From assembly GCA_964016885.1 (NCBI GenBank), contig OZ024753.1, positions 14,818,001 through 14,882,000 of the forward strand: 64,000 bases of DNA, written 5' to 3'. Source of the DNA: Eledone cirrhosa (Eukaryota). The notes beneath the pieces are model-generated. The model did no database searches. It was not told the DNA's origin and worked only from the letters and a program-made list of their open reading frames with translations. The position numbers were made by a program, and so were the translations under genes. How positions within the stretch are numbered: the first letter of the stretch is position 1; every line of letters starts with the position of its first letter. This document shows, piece by piece, positions 39,917-52,509 of the stretch.

Positions 39917-41059
39917 ACCCCGCTATGGGCTAAATACCCGCACCAGCCCCACAATTGGCCAAGTGTGGTAAGTACGGCTGCACCCATGACATGACCAAAA
40001 CCCCAAAACAGAAAGTGGTGGCGATCAATCAGGGAGGGATTCCTTCAGTAGGAGTAAAAAGGCCCTGGATTGAATATCTAAATTCTGTCTTAAGCCACAA
40101 GGCTCATTTGGTTGGTGCTTATCCTGGTTTCATAGCGTGAAGCGACTGAGAGTCCAAGACTTCTCACGTGAACTAATAGCTCGGGAGGAAACTGTTTACC
40201 TCGAAGATTTATTCGCCATCGTTCTTGTCAATGCTCCGTTTAGTTGGTATTTGTTGGTCTAGAGTTAGATGAATGGCGCACAAAGGGTTAATGTTTATTG
40301 GCAAGAAGTTTTTTGATTAATAAAAGACGGGTTAAAGCGAGCTACAATGTATCATTGTGCCTTGATGTTAGCGGTTTTCGTTATTGTCAATGGGTTTTTT
40401 GGACGACAAATTCGAGACCCTTCTGTTTCTCCCTCAATAAACTGACTACTATGAAGACCATTCCATGTTGGCCTGCAATGGCAATGGGAGTCCTATGTAG
40501 CAGTAGTAACATTGATATTGCTTAAGTGTGCTTTCACCCTTAACGGGATCTTCTGAAACTAAAAAAAAAATCAATCTGCGAACGCAGAAGTAAATATTTC
40601 GAAAAACGTTGCAGCCGAAGGAAAACAGGAAGACGATACTTTGGTTCGTGAAAACGTTCCCTGGCAAAGAACGGAAAATAGCGAAGATAATACGTTACCA
40701 ATGAGAACCATGGTTGTCATAATGTCGTAATGCAGACAGACAGACATACAGACACATATCATAAGGGCGCGACGTTATAGCTATGTATCTATGCAAAAAG
40801 ACAGACTAAGAAAGAGAGAGCGAGATCGATAACCGTCGCCTAACACCCCTTTAACAACAAAAAATTCAAAAATAAAAGCTGTAGTTAATATCTTTAGACC
40901 GCAAGGAATATATAAATGCAAGTTTGAAGTCAATCGGAATAGAAATGTGGATTTGTATAGACTTTGCAAAAATTAGGACATACACACACACACAGACAAT
41001 TTCAGTTTTATATATATGTTTATATATATATATATATAGGTTATATCTGTGTTAATTTT

Positions 41060-41480
41060 GGTGGATTGACAGTTTTGGTAGATAATCGGAAACCATGTTT
41101 TGCAGCATAGAGATCAAAACTTTACGTTTTGAGTTCAAATCTCGCTGAGGTTACCTTTGCCTTTCATCCTTACAGGGTCGATAAAATAATGTACCAGTAA
41201 TGCACTGAGGTAAATTTAATTGACTTTCCTCTCTCCCAAAATTGTTGGCCTTGTGCCAAAAGTAGAATCAAGTATTGTTATTATTTGGCGACGGATTGGC
41301 AGTATCGGTAGAGGGTCAGACGCCATGCTTTGATGCATAGAGTTACGGCCCTTGCCATTCTGAGTTCAGATCCCGCCGAGGTTAACTTTGCCTTTCATCC
41401 TTACGGGGTCAATAAAATAAAGTACCAGTAATGCACTGGGGTAATTGCTGGACTTGTGCCAAAAAACAGAAACAATTATT
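41060..41480 (+). mobile_element. Two SINE family A copies
   Basis: Consensus match. Confidence 0.85.
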
Positions 41481-42609
41481 ATTATTATTTTAGGATTTTT
41501 ATGCATTTTCTTCTATGTTTATTATTTCTTGTTTATTTTTCTTTACTATAATCTTAACTTTTCAAAATTTCTTTTCTTGTTATTTTCAATTATTACAATT
41601 TATTATTTTTTTATAATTTTCTATTTGGAATTTTTTTATTTTTCCAAAGTCATTTCTCCAGTGATATTATAAAAAGTCATTTTATAATTCTATTATCAAA
41701 ATTATATTATTTTCATTTCATTACTAATAATTTATAGCTATGATTTTTCAAAGTTTTTTTCTTTTTTTTAAGAGTTGTATTTTTGTATTTTAATTATCGG
41801 TATATGCCATACTTAAAGAAGTTTGTTTAATGGACATGTTTAAAAGATTTTCAAGACAGACATTTTCCTCTCTGACCAAATCCTCCTCAATTTCTTCAAG
41901 TAGCACTTGAAGAAGAATGTAAGACTATTGTTGTCTACCACCACTACAAACGGTATTTGTCTAATTCAAGAAAGTGACAAAGGTGATGAAGAAGAAGAAG
42001 AAGAAGAAGAAGAAGAAGAAGAAGAAGAAGAAGAAGAAGAAAAAGGGAAATAACACATAGATGAAGAAGACAAAGATGAAGATGTTGAAGTTGAAGAAGA
42101 AGTGAAAGAAGAAGATGGCGGTAACGATGATGGAAGATGGAAATGATAACCAATTGAAAGGTACTTTAGATGGAAATAATAGGTTTGTCTCTCAAGATAT
42201 GGTTTAATAGTCTCAATCTAATAAACAATAACTCTTATTTCAAATATTTAGACATTTATTATTACTGTTTGTATTATGTAAATGAAATGTAATAACAGCT
42301 CCATTGTGATGAAGATATAAAGTCTACTACATATTCCACCTGTTTCCTACTAGACAACCTCTGATTCTATCGCATGAAGCTGTCCATTTTAATGTGTTCA
42401 TATTCAAATTAAAAATTACCATCATAACTCAATGTCAGAACCTGTTGTGAAATTATATTCCGAATACCACTTAATATATATTTACTGCCTTTTGTTATGT
42501 TGTCTTCCAAATATTGTCTCAATAATGGAAATATTGATTACTTTTTCTAAAAATCCTTCAAATTCTTCTTGCTTTTAAAAAAAAAAAATTTATTGAAATA
42601 TATACGACT

Positions 42610-43080
42610 GAAAGGCCGGTTATATGATGCCTATGTGAGATGCGCGATGCTGCATGGTAGTGAGACATGAGCAGCAACTGCGGAGGATATGCGACGGCTC
42701 GAGAGAAATGAAGCAAGCATGCTCCGTTGAATCTGCAATGTCAATGCACATGAACGACCAAGCATGGATGAGTTGAGAGAGAAACTGGGTATAAGAGGGA
42801 TAAGTTGTAGTGTGCGGGGAAGAAGACTGCGTTGGTATGGACATGTGATGCGCATGGATGATGACCGCTAGGTAAAGAAGTCCCAAGAAATCCCAGTAGA
42901 AGGAGGATGCAGTAGAGGAAGACCATGAAAAACATGGGCGGAGGTGGTGAGAGCAGACCTCAGATCGCAGAAGCTCACGGAGGAGATGACAAAGGACTGT
43001 GATGAATGGAGAGATGCTGTGCTAAATAGGACCCGTCCCACCCTTGCAATCAGGGAAAAGCGGACGTAAAATGATGATGA
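42610..43080 (+). mobile_element. RTE LINE family 1, 3' fragment
   Basis: Homologous to 26462-26930. Confidence 0.92.
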
Positions 43081-44201
43081 GGATACCCAGCATATTTTAT
43101 ATATCATAAGTTATATGGTACCTAAGGGTTAACAGAAGTGGAAATACGAAGTGAAGGTGTTTATGCCTTGACCAAAGGAATACTCGTGAGGTAACAAATT
43201 GTAATGGTCGCTACATTTGTTTGAATTAACATCAATACAAAGTATTTGTGGTATCAGTTGAGGGCCCCTCTGGAGCATACGGAACCACAAGTTTTCTCTA
43301 ACGATCACTGTCCTAGGCTAGTTGCTCCAACTATCCCAAGAAATGTTCCAACCTCTTCACTTGGTATTATAGCACCAGGTATTCTTATAGAACCAGGTAT
43401 TCTTAGGCTTGCTCCTACATAACTACAATAACTACAATAACATTGAATTGTTATGGATGTTAGCTGTGAAAATCTGGTAAAATATCCCTTGAGATTGAAA
43501 AATGTGAGCAAAGGCACCTACAAACATGCTACCCTTTACAAGCACACCTGCAGCCCACACAAAGGTTTATAAAGTGCTAGCGTAATATAGAATAAAAAAT
43601 ATTAGTTGTAATGTGTGTAATAAGTTGTCATGTGTGGCCCTCAGACAACACATGTGACACATTTGACCCTCGGCGGCTCCTCAGTTTAACATGCCTGCTC
43701 CATATAACTGCAAATGTACATTGCCCTAATGCCAAGGGACATCTGACCTTTAGGATGTTGTTTTCTTTATTAATCTTGAACCAAATATATATCTATTAAT
43801 TCCACCTTTTTTTCCTTATCTTCATTCCCAAGCATGAACTTAATAAGACTGTTTCAGCATCTCTGTCTCGTTTATTCTGGGAATACTAGCTTAGCTCCCT
43901 TCCACTGTCACATAACATTGTAACGGCAATTCCACACCAAAAGCAGTGGGCTGGCTTTTGACCGGTTCCGAGGAGGCTAAATCCCGCTGATGATGCTACT
44001 CTTAGCTGATTACGTAATGTTTAATAGCATTACTTAATTTCTGTCCAGCATGGACTGTCGCCAGCAGATGGGGTAACAGAAACTAATGCATTAGTCCAGG
44101 GACCGGCTGGAAAGAGGGTTTGAGGAATCTGCCTCCATTACCCTCTCAGGAATAAGTGGGTAAAGACGAAGAAGTAGATATTATAAACAAAACCATTTTA
44201 A

Positions 44202-44496
44202 CCTTTTAGCATTTAAACCGGCCATATCTGGCCAGAATTCTCTCACCTATTTCTGTTCAAACTAGCAATAACCGGCTGCTCATACTGATATTAAGGTATT
44301 GTTCTCAAAATAAATAATATCAAAATCTTGTAGGTTTGATAATATGAGATATTATGTGAGATAAAGCCTTTACTGTGAAAATACAATAGTATAAATACAA
44401 TAGAGTAATGTAAATGTTATGTGAGATATTATGTGAGGTAAAGCCTTTACTGTGAAAATACAATAGTAAGTGTAGAGTAACATAAATGCTAAAGAG
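44202..44496. mobile_element. piggyBac-like MITE, copy 1
   Basis: TTAA|ccttttagcattta ... taaatgctaaagag terminal inverted repeats; inverted paralogue of 46491-46852; right-hand TTAA absent. Confidence 0.65.
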
Positions 44497-44857
44497 TCTG
44501 AATACAGCAGATTTCTTCCAGAGAGGAGAAAGATAGAGCGAGAGGAAGAAAGTGAGAAACAAATACAGAGGAAGAAAACCACCAGTAGTACACTGGTATT
44601 TATTTTTATCGACCTCGAATGGATGAAAGGCAAAGTTGACCTCGACAGGATTTGAATTTAGAAATCAAAACGAATACCTCAAAGATTTCTATCTGATGTT
44701 CTGACAACTCTACCAATTCCTCGCAGTATACAGTACATTATCTGTAGTATGTTACTACAGTAAACTGTATTTTAAACAATGTCAACTGGTTAAATACGTT
44801 TTGTTTGGGAAATGACCTTCATTCATCATCAAATAATTGACAACACGTTCTCAGGTA

Positions 44858-45003
44858 TACACACACACAGCTTTACACACACAGATTTACACACACAGAC
44901 AGACAGACAGAGATTAACACACACATACATAAGCTTACACACACACATACATAAGCTTTTACACACACACACACACACATAGATAAGCTTTTACACACAC
45001 ACA

Positions 45004-45043
<40 letters not shown>

Positions 45044-45400
45044 AACAGACATACACACACACATATACAGAGAAGCACACATACAAACACAGGCACGCAC
45101 ACACACATATACAAGCACAGGTGCCAACATACATGCATACACAGACATATAGGGAAGCACACACACACATACATCCATACATGCTCACACATACACACAA
45201 ACAGAGGCACGGCCACACACACATACATCCATACATAAACAGAGGCACAGCCACACACACACACACATCCATACACACATCCACACACACACATACACAA
45301 ATAAACACAGGCATGGCCACACACACATACATCCATACATGTTCCCACATACATCCATACATGTTCACACACACATCCATACACGTTCACACACACATAT
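44858..45400. repeat. (CA)n-rich compound repeat
   Basis: Direct reading. Confidence 0.93.
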
Positions 45401-45515
45401 GAAATAAGTAGTTTGTATTATCACATGTTCTATATTGATGTTATCTTCACAAATATCTTCTCTCAGACTTTGATCATTTCCCAGGAAATGTGCCACTTCA
45501 TATTTATAACATACA

Positions 45516-46413
45516 TTTTCCCTGCTTGCAAGGGTGGGACGGGAACTGACTGGCTTGATTTCTACAGCTGGATGCCCTTCCTAACACCAACCTCATTTAC
45601 AGTGAGTGCTGGGTGCTTTTTTTCCGTGGTGCCTACATGTCCACTTTACAGTGTGGGCTGGGTGCTTTTGCCACGACCACTTTACAATGGAATGATATGG
45701 ACCCCGTTCCTATCATTTCATTTCTACAGCTGAGTAAACTGGAGCAATGTGAAATAAAGTGTCTTGCTCAAGGAAACAACATATCACACGGTCTGAGAAT
45801 TGAACTCACAACCTTTCGATTGCAAGCCCAATGCTCTAACCACTAAGCCATGTGCCTCCATATATTGTTTTGAACTTTATTTTATCATGAGTTAAAGGTC
45901 TATTTTGATTTTTCCCGGGATTGCACTAAATTCTGTGGATGAATTTGTATCCTGATTCTCTTTTGAGATGAGTTTAAATTATTTTTCCTAAATCTTACGT
46001 TAACTACTTTTCCCATCTTGACGTTATAGTCGCATATATGTTATAGAATGCTGTTAGCTTCTCGCTAAAACAATCTCTATACCTCTCATTTATATATTGA
46101 CTATATATATCATATATAGAATAGATTCTTTTATTCATTTACATTTACTATTTTCAGTCATTAGACTGTGCTCTTGCTGGCGCACCACATTAAATCTTTA
46201 GCCTTTACATTACTCTATACTAACTAGGTGGATTGGTAGTATTGGTAGAGGGTCGGACGCCATGCTTTGACGGATAGAGTTACGGCCCTTGCCATTCTGA
46301 GTTCAAATCCCGCCGAGGTTAACTTTGCCTTTCATCCTCACGGGGGTCGATAAAATAAAGTACCAGTAATACACTGGGTAATTGCTGGCCTTGTGCCAAA
46401 AGTAGAAACAATT
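45516..46413. mobile_element. SINE B (45516-45860, -) and SINE A (46227-46413, +)
   Basis: Consensus matches. Confidence 0.85.
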
Positions 46414-46490
46414 ATCAAAGCTACGAGATTTACATTTATATTTACTAGTTTCAGTCATTAGACTGTGGTCATGCTGGGGCACCACCTTAA

Positions 46491-46852
46491 CTCTTTAGCA
46501 TTTACATTACTCTACACTTACTATTGTATTTTCACAGTAAAGGCTTTACCTCACATAATATCTCACATAACATTTACATTACTTTATATTTACTATTGTA
46601 TTTTCACAGTAAAGGCTTTACCTCACATAATATCTCACATAACATTTACATTACTTTATATTTACTATTGTATTTTCACAGTAAAGGCTTTACCTCACAT
46701 AATATCTCATATTATCAAAGCTACGAGATTTTGATATTATTTATTTTGAGAACAATACCTTAATATCAGTATTAGCAGCCGGTTATTGCCAGTTTGAACA
46801 GAAAGATGTGAGAGAATTCTGGTCAGATACAGCTGGTTTAAATGCTAAAGGG
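46491..46852. mobile_element. piggyBac-like MITE, copy 2, with internal 72-bp tandem repeat
   Basis: TTAA|ctctttagcattta ... taaatgctaaaggg|TTAA; ttactattg recurs at 46518, 46590 and 46662. Confidence 0.75.
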
Positions 46853-47304
46853 TTAAAATGGTTTTGTTTATAATATCTACTTCTTCATGTTTAGCCACTT
46901 ATTCCTGAGAGGGTAATGGAGGCAGACTCCTCAAACACTCTTTCCAGTCGGTCCTGTCAAAAAGCAACCATCTCCCATCTCCAATTGATCTGGCTGAATT
47001 GCCAAACAAGACCAGTTAAGCTCATGGATATTATTCAACTAGTTTATAGTATCAACCCCAGTTTCTTTGTTGAGTCAGGTATTTACCTGATCAAATTCTT
47101 TCCTGCTGACTTCCTTTGAATGAAACAGATTTAGTGTTGTAGAAGCCAGGCTTTCTCTTTTCCTTTTCTTCCCCCTCCCCCTGTAAGTTCCAGGTTTGGG
47201 CTTGCCTTGTAGTCCCCGATGCAGCCTTTCGGAGGATATGACCACACCATCTCTATTGCCTCTGGATAATTTTATTGAGGAAAATTGTGTGTGTGTTTGT
47301 GTGA

Positions 47305-47820
47305 AGACGTGTATGCAGCTTTCAACAAGAACAAGGAAGTACTAACATCAAAACGAGCTTCCTATCATTTGAAGGCTAAGATCTTTGATACTTACATCGT
47401 ACCAGTTGTGTTATATGGTCTTGACTGTGTTAATTGGATGACAATGTCACTTCAGAAGCTCTCTACATTCCAGAACCACATCATGAGACTTATGATTGGC
47501 AAGTGGCTCAGCGATCGTATGTGTTTCAGTGAACTGCTCAACATTACCAGACTTAGACCAATTACATCAATTGTTAAGTCAAGAGTACTCAAACTATACG
47601 GCCATATAAAAAGATCGACTCGTGGTGTGAGTAGGTTATGCCTGGAAGGAAGGTTGGCTGGAAAGAGAAGCAGAGGTCGGCAGCCAAAACAATAGCTTGA
47701 CCATGTCAACTTATGGACTGGACTTGATCTTTGCTCTGTTGTTAGTGATCGAACTTTGTGAAGAGAGATATCACATGATGCGCAGTCTGCAACTGGCGGA
47801 GTTTAGCGTCACGAGAGAGT
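47305..47820 (+). mobile_element. RTE-clade LINE 3' fragment (distinct family)
   Basis: KAKIFDTYIVPVVLYGLDC..LKLYGHIKR..LEGRLAGKRSRGRQ. Confidence 0.85.
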
Positions 47821-47991
47821 CCATGTTTTATATTTTGTGCAAATAAAGAATGGCAAGCACATCTAGAGCTGGGGAAATGGTACTGCCTTATTTTTGGGGG
47901 GAGAGGGGTCGCTACGGTTTTTATTATTCAATTCCAGTATTGGAATTGAATAATCAAAACCGTAGCGGGATGTCGCATATCCAATCTCTCG

Positions 47992-48058
47992 TATATTTTA
48001 TCTGATGAAAACGTACTTAAACACCATTGTACCTTTGAAATATGTATAATAAAATATA
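47992..48058 (+). ncRNA. Type I minimal hammerhead (family of 15079)
   Basis: uauauuuuau CUGAUGA aaa c guac..guac c uuu GAAA uaugua UA auaaaauaua; tail with TCGAGTGCT. Confidence 0.8.
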
Positions 48059-48198
48059 TATTTTGATTATGAGAATTTTTTCATTTATTAACATTTTGAA
48101 TAATATTAAATACTCCAAGAAAATCCCCTGTCGAGTGCTTCTAATCTATTGTAAAATTGTATTCGTTGAATAATCCATGAACCATATTAATCTTTGGT

Positions 48199-48270
<72 letters not shown>

Positions 48271-48295
48271 TATGTAAAAACAACACAATATAATT

Positions 48296-48364
48296 ATTCC
48301 ATTACCCAAGGTTTCAGGAAGAGGATTCTAACAGAAACGTCTGATGTCGCTCTTCAGAAGGAAT
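48296..48364 (-). ncRNA. Type I hammerhead motif (related to 53633)
   Basis: Minus strand auuccuu CUGAAGA ... GAAA cc uug gg UA auggaau; stem II weak. Confidence 0.6.
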
Positions 48365-48627
48365 CTTTATTTGTATCATCATCATCATCATCATCGTTTA
48401 ACGTCCATCTTCCACGCTAGCATGGGTTAGACGGGAATTGTGCCACTTGAGGCAAGGTTGGTCGGGTGACCGTGTCTCGCTCGTATAGGACTATCTGGCA
48501 GGTTTTCTATGGCTGGATGCCCTTCCTAACACCAACCACATTTACAGTGTGGACTGGGAGGTTTTTACTGTGTTACCTACACGGTCACATTACAGAGTGG
48601 ACTGTGAGTATTTATTTGTTTTTTTTT

Positions 48628-48660
48628 GTATATATATATATATTTGTATATATATATATT

Positions 48661-48701
<41 letters not shown>

Positions 48702-49219
48702 ATATAAATATATATATGTATATATATATATATTCCCAATTATATATTTGTATATATATATATTTGTATATATATATTTGTATATATATATATATATTTG
48801 TATATATATATAGTTGTATATATATATATATGTATATATATATATTTGTATATATATATATATTTGTATATATATATATATATTTGTATATATATATTTG
48901 TATAGATATATATTTGTATAGATATATATTTGTATATATATATATTTGTATATATATATTTGTATATATATATTTGTATATATATATATATATTTGTATA
49001 TATAATATAGATGAGATTCTACAGGACTAGAACTGTTTCATTCTTTAGAAATCATCAGGAATTCCTGATGATTTCTAAAGAATGAAACAGTTCTAGTCCT
49101 GTAGAATCTCATCTATATTAAAACTTTTATACTCTGCAATGTATTGAGTACCTTACTTACTGTAGTTACCTCCGATTCAACCCGGAATAACATACTATAT
49201 TTGTATATATATATATTTG

Positions 49220-49253
<34 letters not shown>

Positions 49254-49670
49254 TATTTGTATATATATATATATTTGTATATATATATATATTTGTATAT
49301 AGATATATATATATTTGTATATATATATATATATATATATTTGTATATATTTGTATATATATATTTGTATATATATATTTGTATATATATATATATATAT
49401 ATATATTTGTATATATATATATATTTCTAGTTGTTATAAAATGCTCGGACCTATTCATTAGAATCTTGGAGCTTATTTTACAGGTGATATGGGTATCATG
49501 CCTTTCTGGCATGATACCCATAATTTTGATTTAGATTAATTTTGGATATAGATATATATATTTGTATATATATATTTGTATATATATATTTGTATATATA
49601 TATATATATATATTTGTATAAAGATATATTTGTATATATATATATATATATTTGTATAAAGATATATTTG

Positions 49671-49706
<36 letters not shown>

Positions 49707-49726
49707 TGTATATATATATATATTTG

Positions 49727-49757
<31 letters not shown>

Positions 49758-49778
49758 ATATATATATATATATATTTG

Positions 49779-49809
<31 letters not shown>

Positions 49810-49950
49810 TTGTATATATATATATATTTGTATATATATATATATATTTGTATATATATATATATATTTGTATATATATATATATATTTGTATAAATATA
49901 TATTTGTATATATATATATATTTATATATACATATTTGTATATACATATT

Positions 49951-49985
<35 letters not shown>

Positions 49986-50320
49986 ATATATATATTTGTA
50001 TATATATATATATATTTGTATATATATATATATATTTGTATATATATATTTGTATATATATATATATTTGTATAAATATATATTTGTATATATATATATA
50101 TATATTTGTATAAATATATATTTGTATATATATATATATATTTGTATAAATATATATTTGTATATATATATATATATTTGTATAAATATATATTTGTATA
50201 TATATATATATATATATTTGTATATATGTATATATATATATATTTGTATATATATATATATATTTGTATATATATATATATATATTTGTATATATATATA
50301 TTTGTATATGTGTGTGTGTT
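48628..50320. repeat. (TA)n-TTTG patterned microsatellite
   Basis: Direct reading; hosts the 49003 palindrome. Confidence 0.95.
49003..49120. ncRNA. 118-bp perfect palindrome with a type I hammerhead on each strand
   Basis: Centre GAATTC at 49059-49064; auuc CUGAUGA uuucuaaagaau GAAA cag uucuaguc cug UA gaau; tail 49121-49193. Confidence 0.85.
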
Positions 50321-50738
50321 AGTTATGTGTGAGCTTCATTCAAAATTTTAAATTCACATTGTGTTTAATTAGTGTGCAACATTTCAAACAACACCAACTA
50401 CAATAATCACAACAACAACAACAACAACAACAACTACAATACCAACAATAACAACAACTACAATACCAACAACAACAATAACTACAACACCAACTACTAC
50501 TACAATAACTATAATTATAGTTGAAGGGGTGCGCGTGGGGGAGAGGAGTGGGGCTGAGGGTCAGGGGTGAATTGTGAATGTGTGTTATTGTGTGAAAATA
50601 TTTTTATTTCCAACGATTACCACCACCGCCACCACACCACTAGATCTCTCTCTCTCTCTCTCTCTGTATATATATAATAATCAACAAACCAAAGAACTCA
50701 TTAAACCTGCTGTGTGAAAAATGGATGTTAAATGATGA

Positions 50739-50770
<32 letters not shown>

Positions 50771-50926
50771 ACGAAGGAAATGTGGTAAGGAACCAGATGG
50801 ACCATAACGCACCAAAGTACTCAATACTTATGGTAGTAGAGTGGGTAATAGGAACGAGTAGGACTGGAGTCCAGAATTAGCCGTCGAAACAGCTTGAGCT
50901 CAGCCGTCGGGGTCCTACTCGTTCCT
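50771..50926. mobile_element. PLE-like foldback remnant with hammerhead 3' half (family of 4821)
   Basis: aggaacgagtaggac / gtcctactcgttcct arms; GAAA cagct..agccg UC. Other fragments at 37740-37796 and 63011-63072. Confidence 0.65.
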
Positions 50927-50985
50927 ATATATATATATATATATATAAAAAAAAGAAAATTTTCGCTCTACATGGCTGAATACAA

Positions 50986-51322
50986 TAAATGTAATCTGAG
51001 TTTTACGAATATTTATAATAACATTCGATTCGTTTGAAATTATGCAAACAAGCCTCAATTTTAAAGCCATGTCATTGGAATGAACCCTTCATTCTTGCTC
51101 TTGTGTTGGCATGTAAACAGAACTGCAGTTTGGCAGATGAACAGTGATCCGTACTGATGAAGGGTGATACCCCAAAACATTAGTGTCTGCAGTTCTGTTT
51201 GCATGTCAACACAAGAGCAAGAATGAAGGGTTCATTCTACTGACATGGCTATAAAATTGAGGCTTGTTTGCATAATTGCAAACGAATCGAATGTTATTAA
51301 TATTCAAAAAACTCAGATTACA

Positions 51323-51326
<4 letters not shown>
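50986..51326. mobile_element. Foldback with about 140-bp arms; degenerate hammerhead in the loop
   Basis: Arms 50986-51128 and 51187-51326; CUGAUGA a ggg..ccc AAAA ca UU at 51154, interpretable as CG>CA decay of ccgaaacguu. Confidence 0.75.
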
Positions 51327-51366
<40 letters not shown>

Positions 51367-51453
51367 ATACCTGGAAAGGGTCATATTTGTGTAATATCGC
51401 CAGAATTCTTTAAGGGTATGTCAATATTTATTTATAAAACTGATTTATATTAT

Positions 51454-51515
51454 ATTTTATCTCATGAAAGTGCACCATAATTTGACTTGGTATCCTTGAA
51501 ATATGTATAATGAAA
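51454..51515 (+). ncRNA. Hammerhead paralogue with a G5C core mutation (family of 15079)
   Basis: auuuuau CUCAUGA aag..cuu GAAA uaugua UA augaaau. Confidence 0.6.
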
Positions 51516-51591
51516 TAAATATGGTTTTATAAATATAGTTTCCATTTGTTAATATATCATATATATATATATATGTTTTTGTTTTTTTTAT

Positions 51592-51872
51592 ATTAGTTTT
51601 GCGAGGTTTTTGATATGAAATCGTGTGTCGAAACAAATATTGTTATACTTGGGGAGGGTCAAATTCGTGTAATAATATTTCCAGAATTAATAACAGAACA
51701 CACTCACTGTTTGGTTGGTTTTCGTTTCTGTGCAGCGAAAAGCGAAAACCAACCAAACAGTGAGTGTGTTCTGTTATTAATTCTGGCAATATTACACAAA
51801 TATGACCCTCCCCAAGTATAACAATATTTGTTTAGACACACAATTTCATATAAAAAACCTCGCAAAACTAAT
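51592..51872. repeat. Foldback with about 130-bp arms, no hammerhead seen
   Basis: Arms 51592-51724 and 51743-51872; single-arm relatives at 23548-23628 and 51361-51407. Confidence 0.85.
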
Positions 51873-51913
51873 TCATCGCAGTTATATATATATATAACCT
51901 TATATAAATATAT

Positions 51914-52095
51914 AGGGCGGTGGATTGGCAGTATCGGTGGAGGGGCAGACGCCATGCTTTCCAGCATAGTTACGTCCCTTTACGATCTGAATTCAAATCC
52001 CGCCGAGGTTGACTTTGCCTTCCATCCTTACGGGGTCGATAAAATAAAGTAATGCACTGGGTAATTGCTGGCCTTGTGCCTAAAGTAGAAACAGT
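51914..52095 (+). mobile_element. SINE family A
   Basis: Consensus match. Confidence 0.87.
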
Positions 52096-52105
52096 TATAT
52101 ATATA

Positions 52106-52160
<55 letters not shown>

Positions 52161-52509
52161 CAGACCTGGAAACCGAGCTGGCCACCTTGGAACTGCAACC
52201 TTCTAACATTCTGACCAGCCACAGAATACCTGGAGCTTGGATTACAGGATGTTTTTCAACTATACATACATATTATATATACCTACTATCTATCTGCCTA
52301 TGTATTGAGTACACCCATGATGAGATATCTCAGTACTGAAGACTCTCTCTCTATATATATAACTGAGGAATTATAAATATATATACTAGCTGGCTCCATG
52401 CCTTAAACAATAACGGCTAATTGTAATATCTATACATAATATAAAAAAGGGGTTTGTTTGTTGGTTCTTTTGTGCTCATTCACACAAGTGATAAAAACAC
52501 ACCTCTTCT

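Noticed and set aside
41830-42180. Acidic low-complexity stretch resembling a piggyBac transposase N-terminus or a host exon
   Set aside because: Interrupted by stops and dominated by (GAA)n; no catalytic domain seen.
43987-44018. CUGAUGA u gcua-cucu-uagc u GAUU motif
   Set aside because: GAAA is replaced by GAUU, there is no stem I, and it is not in a TA cassette.
1109-50351. Many YI/CV/LS/T/P-repeat ORFs in the ORF track
   Set aside because: They are translations of microsatellites lacking stop codons, not genes.
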